Shown here in pieces: positions 8,108 to 16,047 of a DNA stretch of 20,000 bases. Under the pieces are notes generated by a model, which was given only the letters and a program-made list of their open reading frames with translations, was not told the DNA's origin and ran no database searches. A program made the position numbers and the translations under genes. The stretch lies in the IMG/VR virus record IMGVR_UViG_3300017642_000062; one strand, given 5' to 3'. Within the stretch, counting starts at the first letter, position 1. Every line of letters begins with the position of its first letter. The DNA is from an uncultured virus (IMG/VR IMGVR_UViG_3300017642_000062) (lineage: Duplodnaviria; Heunggongvirae; Uroviricota; Caudoviricetes).

Positions 8108-8321
8108 AATCGCCCGCACGGGCTTGCTCTCGGAGCACGCGCTCCGGCTCATGCTGAAAGCCGGTAAACTCCCGGCAATTTACATCGGCAAAAAGGCGCT
8201 CATCAATTACGATAAGCTGTGCGCTGAACTGCAAGGGCTTGAGGCGGATTTCGCGGCAGAGCCTGTAAGCGACCCGTTCCTGCCGACGCTGCCGGGTGGA
8301 ACCCCGTTCAGGCGCGGCTGA
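8076..8321 (+). CDS. Excisionase-like winged-helix (HTH_17/MerR-like) DNA-binding protein
   Basis: MMTVREIA...LRLMLKAGKLPAIYIGKKALIN pattern; GGAGG RBS. Confidence 0.75.
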   Translation: MEQPNMMTVREIARTGLLSEHALRLMLKAGKLPAIYIGKKALINYDKLCAELQGLEADFAAEPVSDPFLPTLPGGTPFRRG

Positions 8322-8413
8322 CAATTAAAACTGGGCTTGGCCCGGTCGTTTCCCGGAAGCGGATGTCGACCTAAAACAGATTATGGGATTACTATGCCCG
8401 AAGGAGGCGGAGA

Positions 8414-8557
8414 ATGAAAAACCGCAAACGGCAGCGGGAGAACCGCAAAGAAGAAAAACTGGATAAAACGAATCATACGGGAGTAAAAGATTTGACTCCA
8501 TACAATGCCGTCCGGCTGATGCGTAGCGGCAAAATTTATGACATCAAATATAAATGA
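8414..8557 (+). CDS. 47-aa basic hypothetical protein (below the ORF-track cutoff)
   Basis: AAGGAGG RBS at 8401-8407; MKNRKRQRENRKEEKLDKTNHTGVKDLTPYNAVRLMRSGKIYDIKYK*. Confidence 0.6.
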   Translation: MKNRKRQRENRKEEKLDKTNHTGVKDLTPYNAVRLMRSGKIYDIKYK

Positions 8558-8595
8558 ACAGCGCCATAAGCGCTCCGCAGAAAGGAGGTGGCGAG

Positions 8596-10899
8596 ATGGA
8601 GAAGCGAATGCCGGACCCCATGCTGGAGCTAAAACAGATGCGGATCTGGATGCTGTGGCGCTGGGAAGTCAAGGAAAATGGTGAGCGCACGAAGGTGCCT
8701 ATAGCTGCTGGCGGCGGCCCGTCCGGTACCACAGAGAAGTGGAACCGTACATGGGTCACATATGATGAAGTGGTAAAGGCGGAGGAAAAAAATCCTGCAG
8801 CGGCCGGTATCGGCTTCAAGATACCAGAAGGCTACTACTTCATTGATATAGACCACAGAGCGCTTACTGACCCGCTTGTGCAGACGATTCTTTTACGGCA
8901 TGATTCGTATGCGGAATACTCGGTCAGCGGCACCGGCATCCACCAGTACGGTAAATGCGATTTTACGCAAATTCCCACCTATATTGACAAAAACGGAAAG
9001 CTGAAGCTCGACGGGCAGTTCTATACGAAAAATCCCAATAACGAAATGGAACTGTACATCGGCGGCATCACAAACCGCTTCGCAGCCTATACCGGAAATG
9101 TGATTGAAAACAAGCCTCTCCGGGAGTGTACCGCCGCTATCCTTACTACCTTAGATAAGGATATGCGCCGCGCGAGAAAGGTCAAATACAGCGTCAAGCG
9201 TGACGGAGAGAAGGTTACTTTCGATCTTATTTGCAATCTCCGCAAACAGAAAAACGGCGAAAAATTCTGTAAATTGTTTGACAAGGGAGACTTCAGCGAC
9301 TACGGTTCCCAGTCTGAAGCGGACGCGGCGCTCTGCGCGTTGCTCGCATTCCGTGCAGGACCGGACCCGGAAATGATAGACGCCGTCTTTCGGCAGTCGG
9401 CATTGTACCGGGATAAATGGGATCGAGAGGATTACCGGGATGCCACCATTGCCCTCGGCATCGAAGCCTGCCACGGCGTGTTCCACAAGTCAAAAATGGA
9501 TCACCCGTACTTCATCCTTTTTGACGATGATGGTAAGCCCTTTGTATCCGCTCCGCTACTGGCCAAATATATTCGTGAAAACCAGAGATACATCCTCGTC
9601 CGGGACAATGGCAAACAAGGCACACTCATCTACGTTTATAAGAACGGCTGCTACCGGCTATATGCCCCGGATATGATGAAGGGCGTCATCAAAGGCTATA
9701 TCGCGGCGTATGACGAAACATTGGTAAGAATGACTCTCGTCAGCGAAGTGTATGGCCAATTGACTACAGACCTTAACTATGTCAGTCAGGATGAGCTCAA
9801 CGCCGACGAGAGTCTTATCAACTTTACCAACGGCCTCTTGCGCGTGACAGCAACGGAACTGACGCTGCTGCCACACTCCCCGGATGTTCTATCGACTATT
9901 CAGATTCCATGCAGATGGACCGGGCATCCAGAGCCTACGCCGACCTTCGACCAGTATATCACGGACTTCACAAGCGTCGATAAGGCCATCGAGCAACTGC
10001 TTTTGGAATTTATGGGCGTTGGTCTTTCCAACGTGAAGGGCTGGCGTATGAAGAAGTCGCTGTTCATGGTAGGCGATGGCGATACCGGAAAATCCCAGCT
10101 AAAAAGCCTCACAGAGCTGTTGCTCGGTAAGGGTAATTTCATCGGCATCGACCTGAAAGAGATTGAGGCCCGGTTCGGCACCGGTGCTATCTATGGTACC
10201 CGCCTTGCCGGTAGCTCAGATATGAGCTTTCTGTCCGTGGACGAGCTAAAGACCTTCAAAAAGATCACGGGCGGCGACAGTCTGTTCGCGGAGTTCAAAG
10301 GACAGCAGGGTTTTGAGTACACCTACAACGGCCTGCTCTGGTTCTGCATGAACCGGCTCCCCAAGTTCGGCGGCGACGACGGCCAGTGGGTCTATGACCG
10401 CATTATGGTCGTAGAGTGTAAAAACGTGATTCCGAAGGACAAGCAGGATAAGACTCTGCTTGACAAAATGTACGCCGAGCGCGAGGGCATCGTCTACAAG
10501 GCTGTCAAAGCCCTCCAGACAGTCATTTCCAACAGCTATCGCTTCTCCGAACCGGATTTCGTCAGCAAGGCTCGTGACACCTATATGTGCGAAAACAATA
10601 CCGTTATTAGCTTCTATCACGAGTGCATGGCAGAGCGCCCACAGCCGGGTACGGTTAAGGACACCTGCACCACTGGGAAGGTTTATGACGTCTATAAGGC
10701 GTGGTGCCACGACAACAATAATGGCTACGCCAAGACCGCCAAGGAGTTCCGTGACACGCTGGCCGGGATGCTCGGCAGCACGTTTAAAGGTATGACCATT
10801 CATACAGACAAGGGCACCTGCTACCGCGACCTCACGCTCACGATCGACGCAAAGCAGCAGTACCAAAGGGAGTACGGTTATGATGAGCTTCTCGGCTGA
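8596..10899 (+). CDS. Primase-polymerase/SF3 helicase (P4/D5-family primase with NrS-1-like N-terminus)
   Basis: AEP-like DIDH and SVSGTGIH motifs, helical bundle (SQSEAD...FRQSALYRDKWDR), D5_N-like region (INFTNGLL), Walker A GDGDTGKS; AAGGAGGT RBS before ATG 8596. Confidence 0.9.
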   Translation: MEKRMPDPMLELKQMRIWMLWRWEVKENGERTKVPIAAGGGPSGTTEKWNRTWVTYDEVVKAEEKNPAAAGIGFKIPEGYYFIDIDHRALTDPLVQTILLRHDSYAEYSVSGTGIHQYGKCDFTQIPTYIDKNGKLKLDGQFYTKNPNNEMELYIGGITNRFAAYTGNVIENKPLRECTAAILTTLDKDMRRARKVKYSVKRDGEKVTFDLICNLRKQKNGEKFCKLFDKGDFSDYGSQSEADAALCALLAFRAGPDPEMIDAVFRQSALYRDKWDREDYRDATIALGIEACHGVFHKSKMDHPYFILFDDDGKPFVSAPLLAKYIRENQRYILVRDNGKQGTLIYVYKNGCYRLYAPDMMKGVIKGYIAAYDETLVRMTLVSEVYGQLTTDLNYVSQDELNADESLINFTNGLLRVTATELTLLPHSPDVLSTIQIPCRWTGHPEPTPTFDQYITDFTSVDKAIEQLLLEFMGVGLSNVKGWRMKKSLFMVGDGDTGKSQLKSLTELLLGKGNFIGIDLKEIEARFGTGAIYGTRLAGSSDMSFLSVDELKTFKKITGGDSLFAEFKGQQGFEYTYNGLLWFCMNRLPKFGGDDGQWVYDRIMVVECKNVIPKDKQDKTLLDKMYAEREGIVYKAVKALQTVISNSYRFSEPDFVSKARDTYMCENNTVISFYHECMAERPQPGTVKDTCTTGKVYDVYKAWCHDNNNGYAKTAKEFRDTLAGMLGSTFKGMTIHTDKGTCYRDLTLTIDAKQQYQREYGYDELLG

Positions 10900-11189
10900 C
10901 AGTTCTGACAGTTCTCTGACAGTTTCAGGAGCAAACTGTCAGTCAAAAAAGCCAGTAATATCAATGGTTTCACGCTCATGCTGACACTTCTGACAGTTCT
11001 TTCAACTTCTCAGCCGATTTGAGTAAAGTTAAGAAGCAAATAAAAAGTGAGATAAGGATTGTATGAGCGTGGGATAAACACAGAAAAAGTGTCAGAACTG
11101 TCAGTCAAGTCTGGAAAGCCTTGATATGACTATGTTTCCGGCGTTTTGAAACTGTCAGAGAACTGTCAGTCAACTGTCAGAACTGTCAG
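10896..11189. repeat. Iteron array, probable replication origin
   Basis: CTGACAGTT forward at 10896, 10905, 10916 and 10990 (variant 10981); reverse AACTGTCAG at 10934, 11096, 11150, 11161, 11172 and 11181 (variant 11087); A/T-rich core about 10999-11086. Confidence 0.85.
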
Positions 11190-11271
11190 CCGCAAATGTA
11201 ATCCGAGCCGTGGATGGGGGCCTAAACCGTTACCCCACTCACGGTGTTTTTATGAAAGGAGGGAAAACGAC

Positions 11272-11487
11272 ATGAATCTGATCGATTTGCTGTACGGCAA
11301 GAACCACGACAGCGCCAAAGGCAAACTGCGCCTGCAGAATCGCGCTGGTGAGCCGGTTACGGTGACCAAGGAAATCCGCTATACCGTCGCAGACGGAGCG
11401 TCCAATGTCCACATCAACGGCTATGAAGATTTAGCCCAGTACTGCCGAAGGGCCGGATACACCTATCGTTCCGGCAAGACGGTATAA
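11272..11487 (+). CDS. 71-aa hypothetical protein upstream of the capsid homolog
   Basis: AAAGGAGGG RBS before ATG 11272; the longer ORF-track start lies inside the iterons. Confidence 0.7.
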   Translation: MNLIDLLYGKNHDSAKGKLRLQNRAGEPVTVTKEIRYTVADGASNVHINGYEDLAQYCRRAGYTYRSGKTV

Positions 11488-11514
11488 CCATAACAACATT
11501 TGGAGGAAAAACTT

Positions 11515-12441
11515 ATGAATAACGAAAAGAATTATCTCATCGGCACACCTGAATACGACAAGCACTTCTGGAACGCCATGCGCGGAGCAAAAATCGACAC
11601 GGCTCTGGAAGCTGGCAGAAGCAGCGTTACCAACTCCTACGCTCTGCCGAGCGCCGCAAACAACAAATACACGGCGGCGCTGGCCACTGAAAGCCTGTTC
11701 CGGCAGATCGGTACAACTGTTATGGCCTACGATTCCGAGTACCGCATTTTTGCCCACGACTGCGATGATCTGGCACAGTGGGTTCCAGAGGGCGGCAAGC
11801 TCCCGATCTTTGATGGCGCGAACGACTTTACCCGGTACAAGGTAGATAGCTGGAAACTGGGCGCACTCGTGAAGCTGGATGAGGATTTTGTGCGTGATGC
11901 TACCTTTAATGTGGAGGACTATCTTGTACGGCGTCTGGCAAAGAATTTCGGCAGGGCCGAGGACGCCGCCTTCATCAGCGGCACCAGTGAGCAGATGCCC
12001 ACGGGAATCCTCAACGCCACGGGCGGCGCGGAGATCGGCTGCACCGGCAGCATCACATACGACGACGTCATCAAGCTGTACTTCTCTGTCAAGCCGGAGT
12101 ACCGCAAGAACAGTGTATGGCTCATGAACGACGAGACTGCGCTGGCTCTGCGTACACTCAAGGATAGCTCTGGGAATTACCTCTGGCGCGACAGCGATGA
12201 CACCATTCTCGGCAAGCGTGTGGTCATGAACAGCGCCATGCCCTCTGTGGCGGCAGGCGCAAAGCCGATTGCCTTCGGTGATTTCAGTTATTACTGGGTC
12301 ATTGCCCGTGGCCCGGTCAGCGTGGTGCCTATTATGGAACACTTCACGCTGAATCAGCAGATTGGCTATCTGGCGTTTGAGTTCCTTGACGGAAAACTTA
12401 TCCGTCCGGAGACCATCAAGGTGCTGCAAATAGCCGAATAA
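11515..12441 (+). CDS. HK97-fold major capsid protein homolog lacking the N-terminal delta/scaffold region
   Basis: EYDKHFWNAMRG, AEDAAFISGT..MPTGIL, WLMND, LKDSSGNYLW, ILGKRV, AFGDFSYYW and DGKLIRPE motifs; GGAGG RBS before ATG 11515; 308 aa. Confidence 0.88.
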   Translation: MNNEKNYLIGTPEYDKHFWNAMRGAKIDTALEAGRSSVTNSYALPSAANNKYTAALATESLFRQIGTTVMAYDSEYRIFAHDCDDLAQWVPEGGKLPIFDGANDFTRYKVDSWKLGALVKLDEDFVRDATFNVEDYLVRRLAKNFGRAEDAAFISGTSEQMPTGILNATGGAEIGCTGSITYDDVIKLYFSVKPEYRKNSVWLMNDETALALRTLKDSSGNYLWRDSDDTILGKRVVMNSAMPSVAAGAKPIAFGDFSYYWVIARGPVSVVPIMEHFTLNQQIGYLAFEFLDGKLIRPETIKVLQIAE

Positions 12442-12493
12442 GCCGCAATAACGGGAGCAGGGAGCGTCGAGATGGCGCTCTCCGCCCTTAATA

Positions 12494-12576
12494 CCCCGTT
12501 TGATTTCGCGTTTTAACACGCGAGGCCCCACGCCCGTTGTCCGCTTTAAAAGTTGTAGAGATTTTACCTCCCCCCC
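12494..12576 (-). other. Putative phage packaging (cos-like) signal
   Basis: Minus strand GGGGGGAGGTAAAATCTCTAC...GCGGACAACGGGCGTGGGGCCTCGCGTGTTAAAACGCGAAATCAAACGGGG; resembles, from recall, the G-run region between HNH and terS genes in Bacillota siphophages. Confidence 0.5.
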
Positions 12577-12581
12577 GCCGG

Positions 12582-13220
12582 TCACCGGAATGCCGAATTG
12601 CCCGTAAGGTTTTTAAGCAGTACCTTACGGGCAATTTTGTATTCGTCACCAATGAAACCCAGCCGCAGCAGGAAACAGCGGAAAGCGTACTTGTCGTTGT
12701 CGGTCTCGGCTATCACGGCCACCACGCGCTTTTGCTTTCGAGCCATCTCGCATAGCTTGGTAACAAAGGCAGAGTAGGCATTGACCTCGTCCGGTTCCGA
12801 TGTGAACGGAAACCATGGAAAGCTGACCGTTGTATCGGTGACTACCGCCTCAATAGAATCAGCCAGAAACGCTTTCTTGAAAAGAGGCGCTCTGGCTGTT
12901 ACGATTTGCTGCAGTGTTTCAATGTTGGCGTTGGTGAAGAGTTCCCTCGGCATGGAGATTGTGAGCCTGTCCTCGGTCTCAACCGCCTCGCCTACATACC
13001 CACGGGAGCGCAGATGCTCAAGCAGCGTCGTTGCCGTTTCCTCCGCCACGCAGTCCGGTATGATTAGCTTTCCGTCCCGCTCCAGAGTGCAATCACCGAT
13101 TTGGTAAGAGCAGGTGGGATAGCCCAGGTACTTGGGAATGGTGTGCAGGACCACGCTGATGTCCTCGGCAAGCTGCTTTCTCTGCTTGCCGGTGATGTTG
13201 TAGGGTATGGTCATTTTCAT
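12582..13220 (-). CDS. Prophage-type 'virulence-related protein' family hypothetical
   Basis: Conserved C-terminus NDKYAFRCFLLRLGFIGDEYKIARKVLLKNLTGNSAFR and N-terminal GKQRKQL...KYLGYPT; AAGGAGG RBS. Confidence 0.75.
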   Translation of the reverse strand: MKMTIPYNITGKQRKQLAEDISVVLHTIPKYLGYPTCSYQIGDCTLERDGKLIIPDCVAEETATTLLEHLRSRGYVGEAVETEDRLTISMPRELFTNANIETLQQIVTARAPLFKKAFLADSIEAVVTDTTVSFPWFPFTSEPDEVNAYSAFVTKLCEMARKQKRVVAVIAETDNDKYAFRCFLLRLGFIGDEYKIARKVLLKNLTGNSAFR

Positions 13221-13352
13221 GTTCTGTGCCTCCTTGTTTTTGGTAGGTGCATATTCGCTCTGAATGCACAGAATAGCAAGTCATTTTCGAGAAATGTATC
13301 AGAAAGCTAAAAGTATTCTGTAGGATAATTTCTCATAATGTGCGAAACAGCA

Positions 13353-13381
13353 TTGTATTTTGGGATTTTATGTGCTATTAT
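13353..13381 (+). promoter_or_regulatory. Putative promoter of the HTH-hsdRSM operon
   Basis: TTGTAT-17-TATTAT with TGn extended -10, in AT-rich intergenic DNA. Confidence 0.5.
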
Positions 13382-13420
13382 TTAATTTAGGTTATTATAT
13401 ATTAAGCTTGGAGGCACATT

Positions 13421-13651
13421 ATGGCTACCTCATATAACAAGTTATGGAAACTGCTTATAGACAAAAAAATGAGCAAGGCTGACTTGCGGAAAGCCTCCGG
13501 CGTGTCTCCCAACACGATGACCAAGCTGCGCCGGGACGAGCCGGTCATGCTCAATGTGCTGGACAAGATATGCAAAACCTTGGATGTCAACTATGGGGAT
13601 ATCGTTGATTATATTGTGGATGAAACCGGTGGAAAGGATGTGGAGCAATGA
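13421..13651 (+). CDS. Cro/C1-type HTH_26 regulator (controller-like) heading the R-M operon
   Basis: SYNKLWKLLIDKKMSKADLRKASGVS...LDKICKTL signature; ATGA overlap with hsdR. Confidence 0.88.
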   Translation: MATSYNKLWKLLIDKKMSKADLRKASGVSPNTMTKLRRDEPVMLNVLDKICKTLDVNYGDIVDYIVDETGGKDVEQ

Positions 13652-16047
13652 GTTATAACGAGGCTGATACAAGAGCCAAATTAATTGACCCTACTATTCA
13701 CGCAAAAGGCTGGACAGAAGACCACATCAAGCGCGAGGTATCTGCCGGAACAATTGAAATAACAGGTAAAAAAGCCAAGCGGCTAAAAAAAGGCCGTGTT
13801 GACTACACACTTCGTCTAAGGGTGAATAGCGATTCTCAACCGATAGCCGTTGCGCTCATTGAGGCAAAGAAAGAATCATTGTCACCCGGTTTTGGCTTGG
13901 AACAAGGCAAGCGCTATGCAGAAACAAAGTGCAATAATCTAAATATCAAGTTTGTCTATTCCAGCAATGGACATATGTTTGTTGAATATGATAGATTCAC
14001 CGGACTTATCAGCAATCCGAAGCCGATGAGCGAATTCCCAACTACTGAAGAACTCCGTCGTCGCTATGAGGAGGGCATGGGATTCAGTCTTGCAGACGAA
14101 AAGGCCAAGCCACTGCTTGCAAAGTATACTGGTGGTGAATCTGCAAGACGCTATTATCAGGATGCTGCAATCCGAGCAGCATTTGAAAAAATTGCCCAAG
14201 GTGGCAACAGAGTATTGCTTTCACTCGCAACAGGAGCGGGCAAGACTTTTATCGCGGTAAATTTGCTAAAACGTATTTCTGATGCCGGACAGCTTCGTAA
14301 GGCTCTTTTTGTATGTGACCGTGACGAATTACGCACACAGGGTAACAAAGCTTTTCAGGATAAATTCGGCAGTAATGCCGCTATCGCCATAGCAGGTAAT
14401 CCACAGCATAATGCGCGTGTGATTATTGCAACCTATCAGACACTTGGTGTGTCCGCCGATGACGATGATCCTTCGTTCTTGGTAGAGAATTACCCAGAAA
14501 ACTACTTCAGCCATATTGTTATTGATGAATGCCACCGCAGCGCATGGGGCAAGTGGAGCGAAGTCTTAAAACGCAATCCGGATGCAATTCAAATCGGATT
14601 GACCGCTACTCCGCGCCAAATAAAAGTACCGGAGGGTGTCGCTATAACCCCAGAAGACGAACGAATTGCAGCAGACAACATAAAACACTTTGGTGAAGCA
14701 GTGTATGAATACACATATCAACAGGCTGTAGAGGATGGTTACCTTGCCGCCTGCGTGATACAGCCTGGAAATGTTAACATTGACGATACCGGTTTAACCA
14801 TTGATGAAATAATGGCCTTAAAGCCACGTCATGCCATTACGGGTAAATTGATGACGCGAGATGAGCTGCAAGAAATCTATACAAGTCACGATTTCGAGCG
14901 AAAAATTATGTTGCCGGATCGTGTTCAGATTATGTGCAAGAATCTGTTTAATTATCTTCTTGAGACCGGTTCTCCTCTGCAGAAGACAATCATTTTCTGT
15001 GTTAGGGAAAGCCATGCCTCCGCTGTTGCTGCTGCTATGAACAACCTTTATATTGACTGGTGCAACAGCCACGAGATAGAACAGAGCAAGCGTTCGGCAC
15101 ATTATGCCTTTAACTGTACATATCACGAAGGCAAGGACTATGTTGCCGATATGAAAGGTAGCACAAAGGATTACTTTATTGCAACGACCGTAGATCTGCT
15201 TTCTACTGGCGTTGATATTCCTCCGTTGCGTAACATTGCATTCTTCCGCTATTTGGAATCGCCAATCACTGTTATGCAGATGTTTGGACGCGGTACCAGA
15301 CTGTTTGAAGACAAGCTGATGTTCACTATTTATGACTATACTGATGCTACCCGTCTATTGGGCGAAGAATACATCTCAAAACCCAAGTCTGGCGGCGGCC
15401 CCTCTCTACCCGGTGGGGATGGCACCGGTGATGATGGAGAAAACGATGGAAATGATGGCGGTGATGGCGGCAAAATCCCTAATATCATCACAGCAGACGG
15501 TGTGGAATGCTATATTACCAACGGCAGCAAATATATCGTTACTGAGATTGAAGGCAAGATTGGCCGAATGCCGCTGGAAGAATATAAGGAAGCTATTGCA
15601 CAAAGGCTTGTCAACAACTATGACACCATTGACAGTTTCCGCGCAGCTTGGATTGACCCGTCCTCAAGGCAGGAAATAATCAATGGTCTGGTTCGCAGCG
15701 GCTATGGGCCGGAGGTCGTAAGAACGGTCGAAGATATGCAGGCTTTTGATATTTATGATGTTCTGGCTGAGCTTGCCTACGGCTCTGAGCCGAAAACACG
15801 CAGCGCAAGAGTGTCCGGGTTCAAATATAAAAATCGAGCGTGGCTGAGCCAATTCTCTGCGGATGTGGCAGAGGTCATCCTTGCCATTGTTTCCGAATTT
15901 GAGACGGACGGAACCAAAGCCTTGGAAAATCCCCAGATTTTCAGAACAAACAAGGTGATGCAGGCCGGCGGTCTTCGCGTCCTTAAAAGTGCTGGAAAAC
16001 CGAATGAAATTATAGCTGAAGCTAAACGGAGGATCTTTGTAGCATGA
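13648..16047 (+). CDS. hsdR: Type I restriction enzyme R subunit (EcoAI/EcoEI-like)
   Basis: NEADTR start, nuclease motif DY...IEAKK, Walker A ATGAGKT, DECH box, GLTATP, LLSTGVD, QMFGRGTRL. Confidence 0.93.
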   Translation: MSYNEADTRAKLIDPTIHAKGWTEDHIKREVSAGTIEITGKKAKRLKKGRVDYTLRLRVNSDSQPIAVALIEAKKESLSPGFGLEQGKRYAETKCNNLNIKFVYSSNGHMFVEYDRFTGLISNPKPMSEFPTTEELRRRYEEGMGFSLADEKAKPLLAKYTGGESARRYYQDAAIRAAFEKIAQGGNRVLLSLATGAGKTFIAVNLLKRISDAGQLRKALFVCDRDELRTQGNKAFQDKFGSNAAIAIAGNPQHNARVIIATYQTLGVSADDDDPSFLVENYPENYFSHIVIDECHRSAWGKWSEVLKRNPDAIQIGLTATPRQIKVPEGVAITPEDERIAADNIKHFGEAVYEYTYQQAVEDGYLAACVIQPGNVNIDDTGLTIDEIMALKPRHAITGKLMTRDELQEIYTSHDFERKIMLPDRVQIMCKNLFNYLLETGSPLQKTIIFCVRESHASAVAAAMNNLYIDWCNSHEIEQSKRSAHYAFNCTYHEGKDYVADMKGSTKDYFIATTVDLLSTGVDIPPLRNIAFFRYLESPITVMQMFGRGTRLFEDKLMFTIYDYTDATRLLGEEYISKPKSGGGPSLPGGDGTGDDGENDGNDGGDGGKIPNIITADGVECYITNGSKYIVTEIEGKIGRMPLEEYKEAIAQRLVNNYDTIDSFRAAWIDPSSRQEIINGLVRSGYGPEVVRTVEDMQAFDIYDVLAELAYGSEPKTRSARVSGFKYKNRAWLSQFSADVAEVILAIVSEFETDGTKALENPQIFRTNKVMQAGGLRVLKSAGKPNEIIAEAKRRIFVA

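Noticed and set aside
10246..10866. 206-aa minus-strand ORF and similar long overlapping ORFs (4818-5438, 7126-7620, 15664-16164)
   Set aside because: Antisense to well-supported genes; no independent evidence
10896..11189. Possible CRISPR array
   Set aside because: Repeats are 9 bp, irregularly spaced and in both orientations; no unique spacers or cas genes
11515..12441. Capsid-forming PICI (cf-PICI) or encapsulin operon
   Set aside because: No portal, terminase, protease or head-tail genes, and no encapsulin cargo enzyme in the window; not fully excluded beyond the window
12460..12482. Intrinsic terminator after the capsid gene
   Set aside because: A 9-bp stem is present but there is no U-tract on either strand, so it was not called
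11431..12585. 384-aa minus-strand ORF
   Set aside because: Antisense shadow of the capsid gene; no RBS or recognisable motifs
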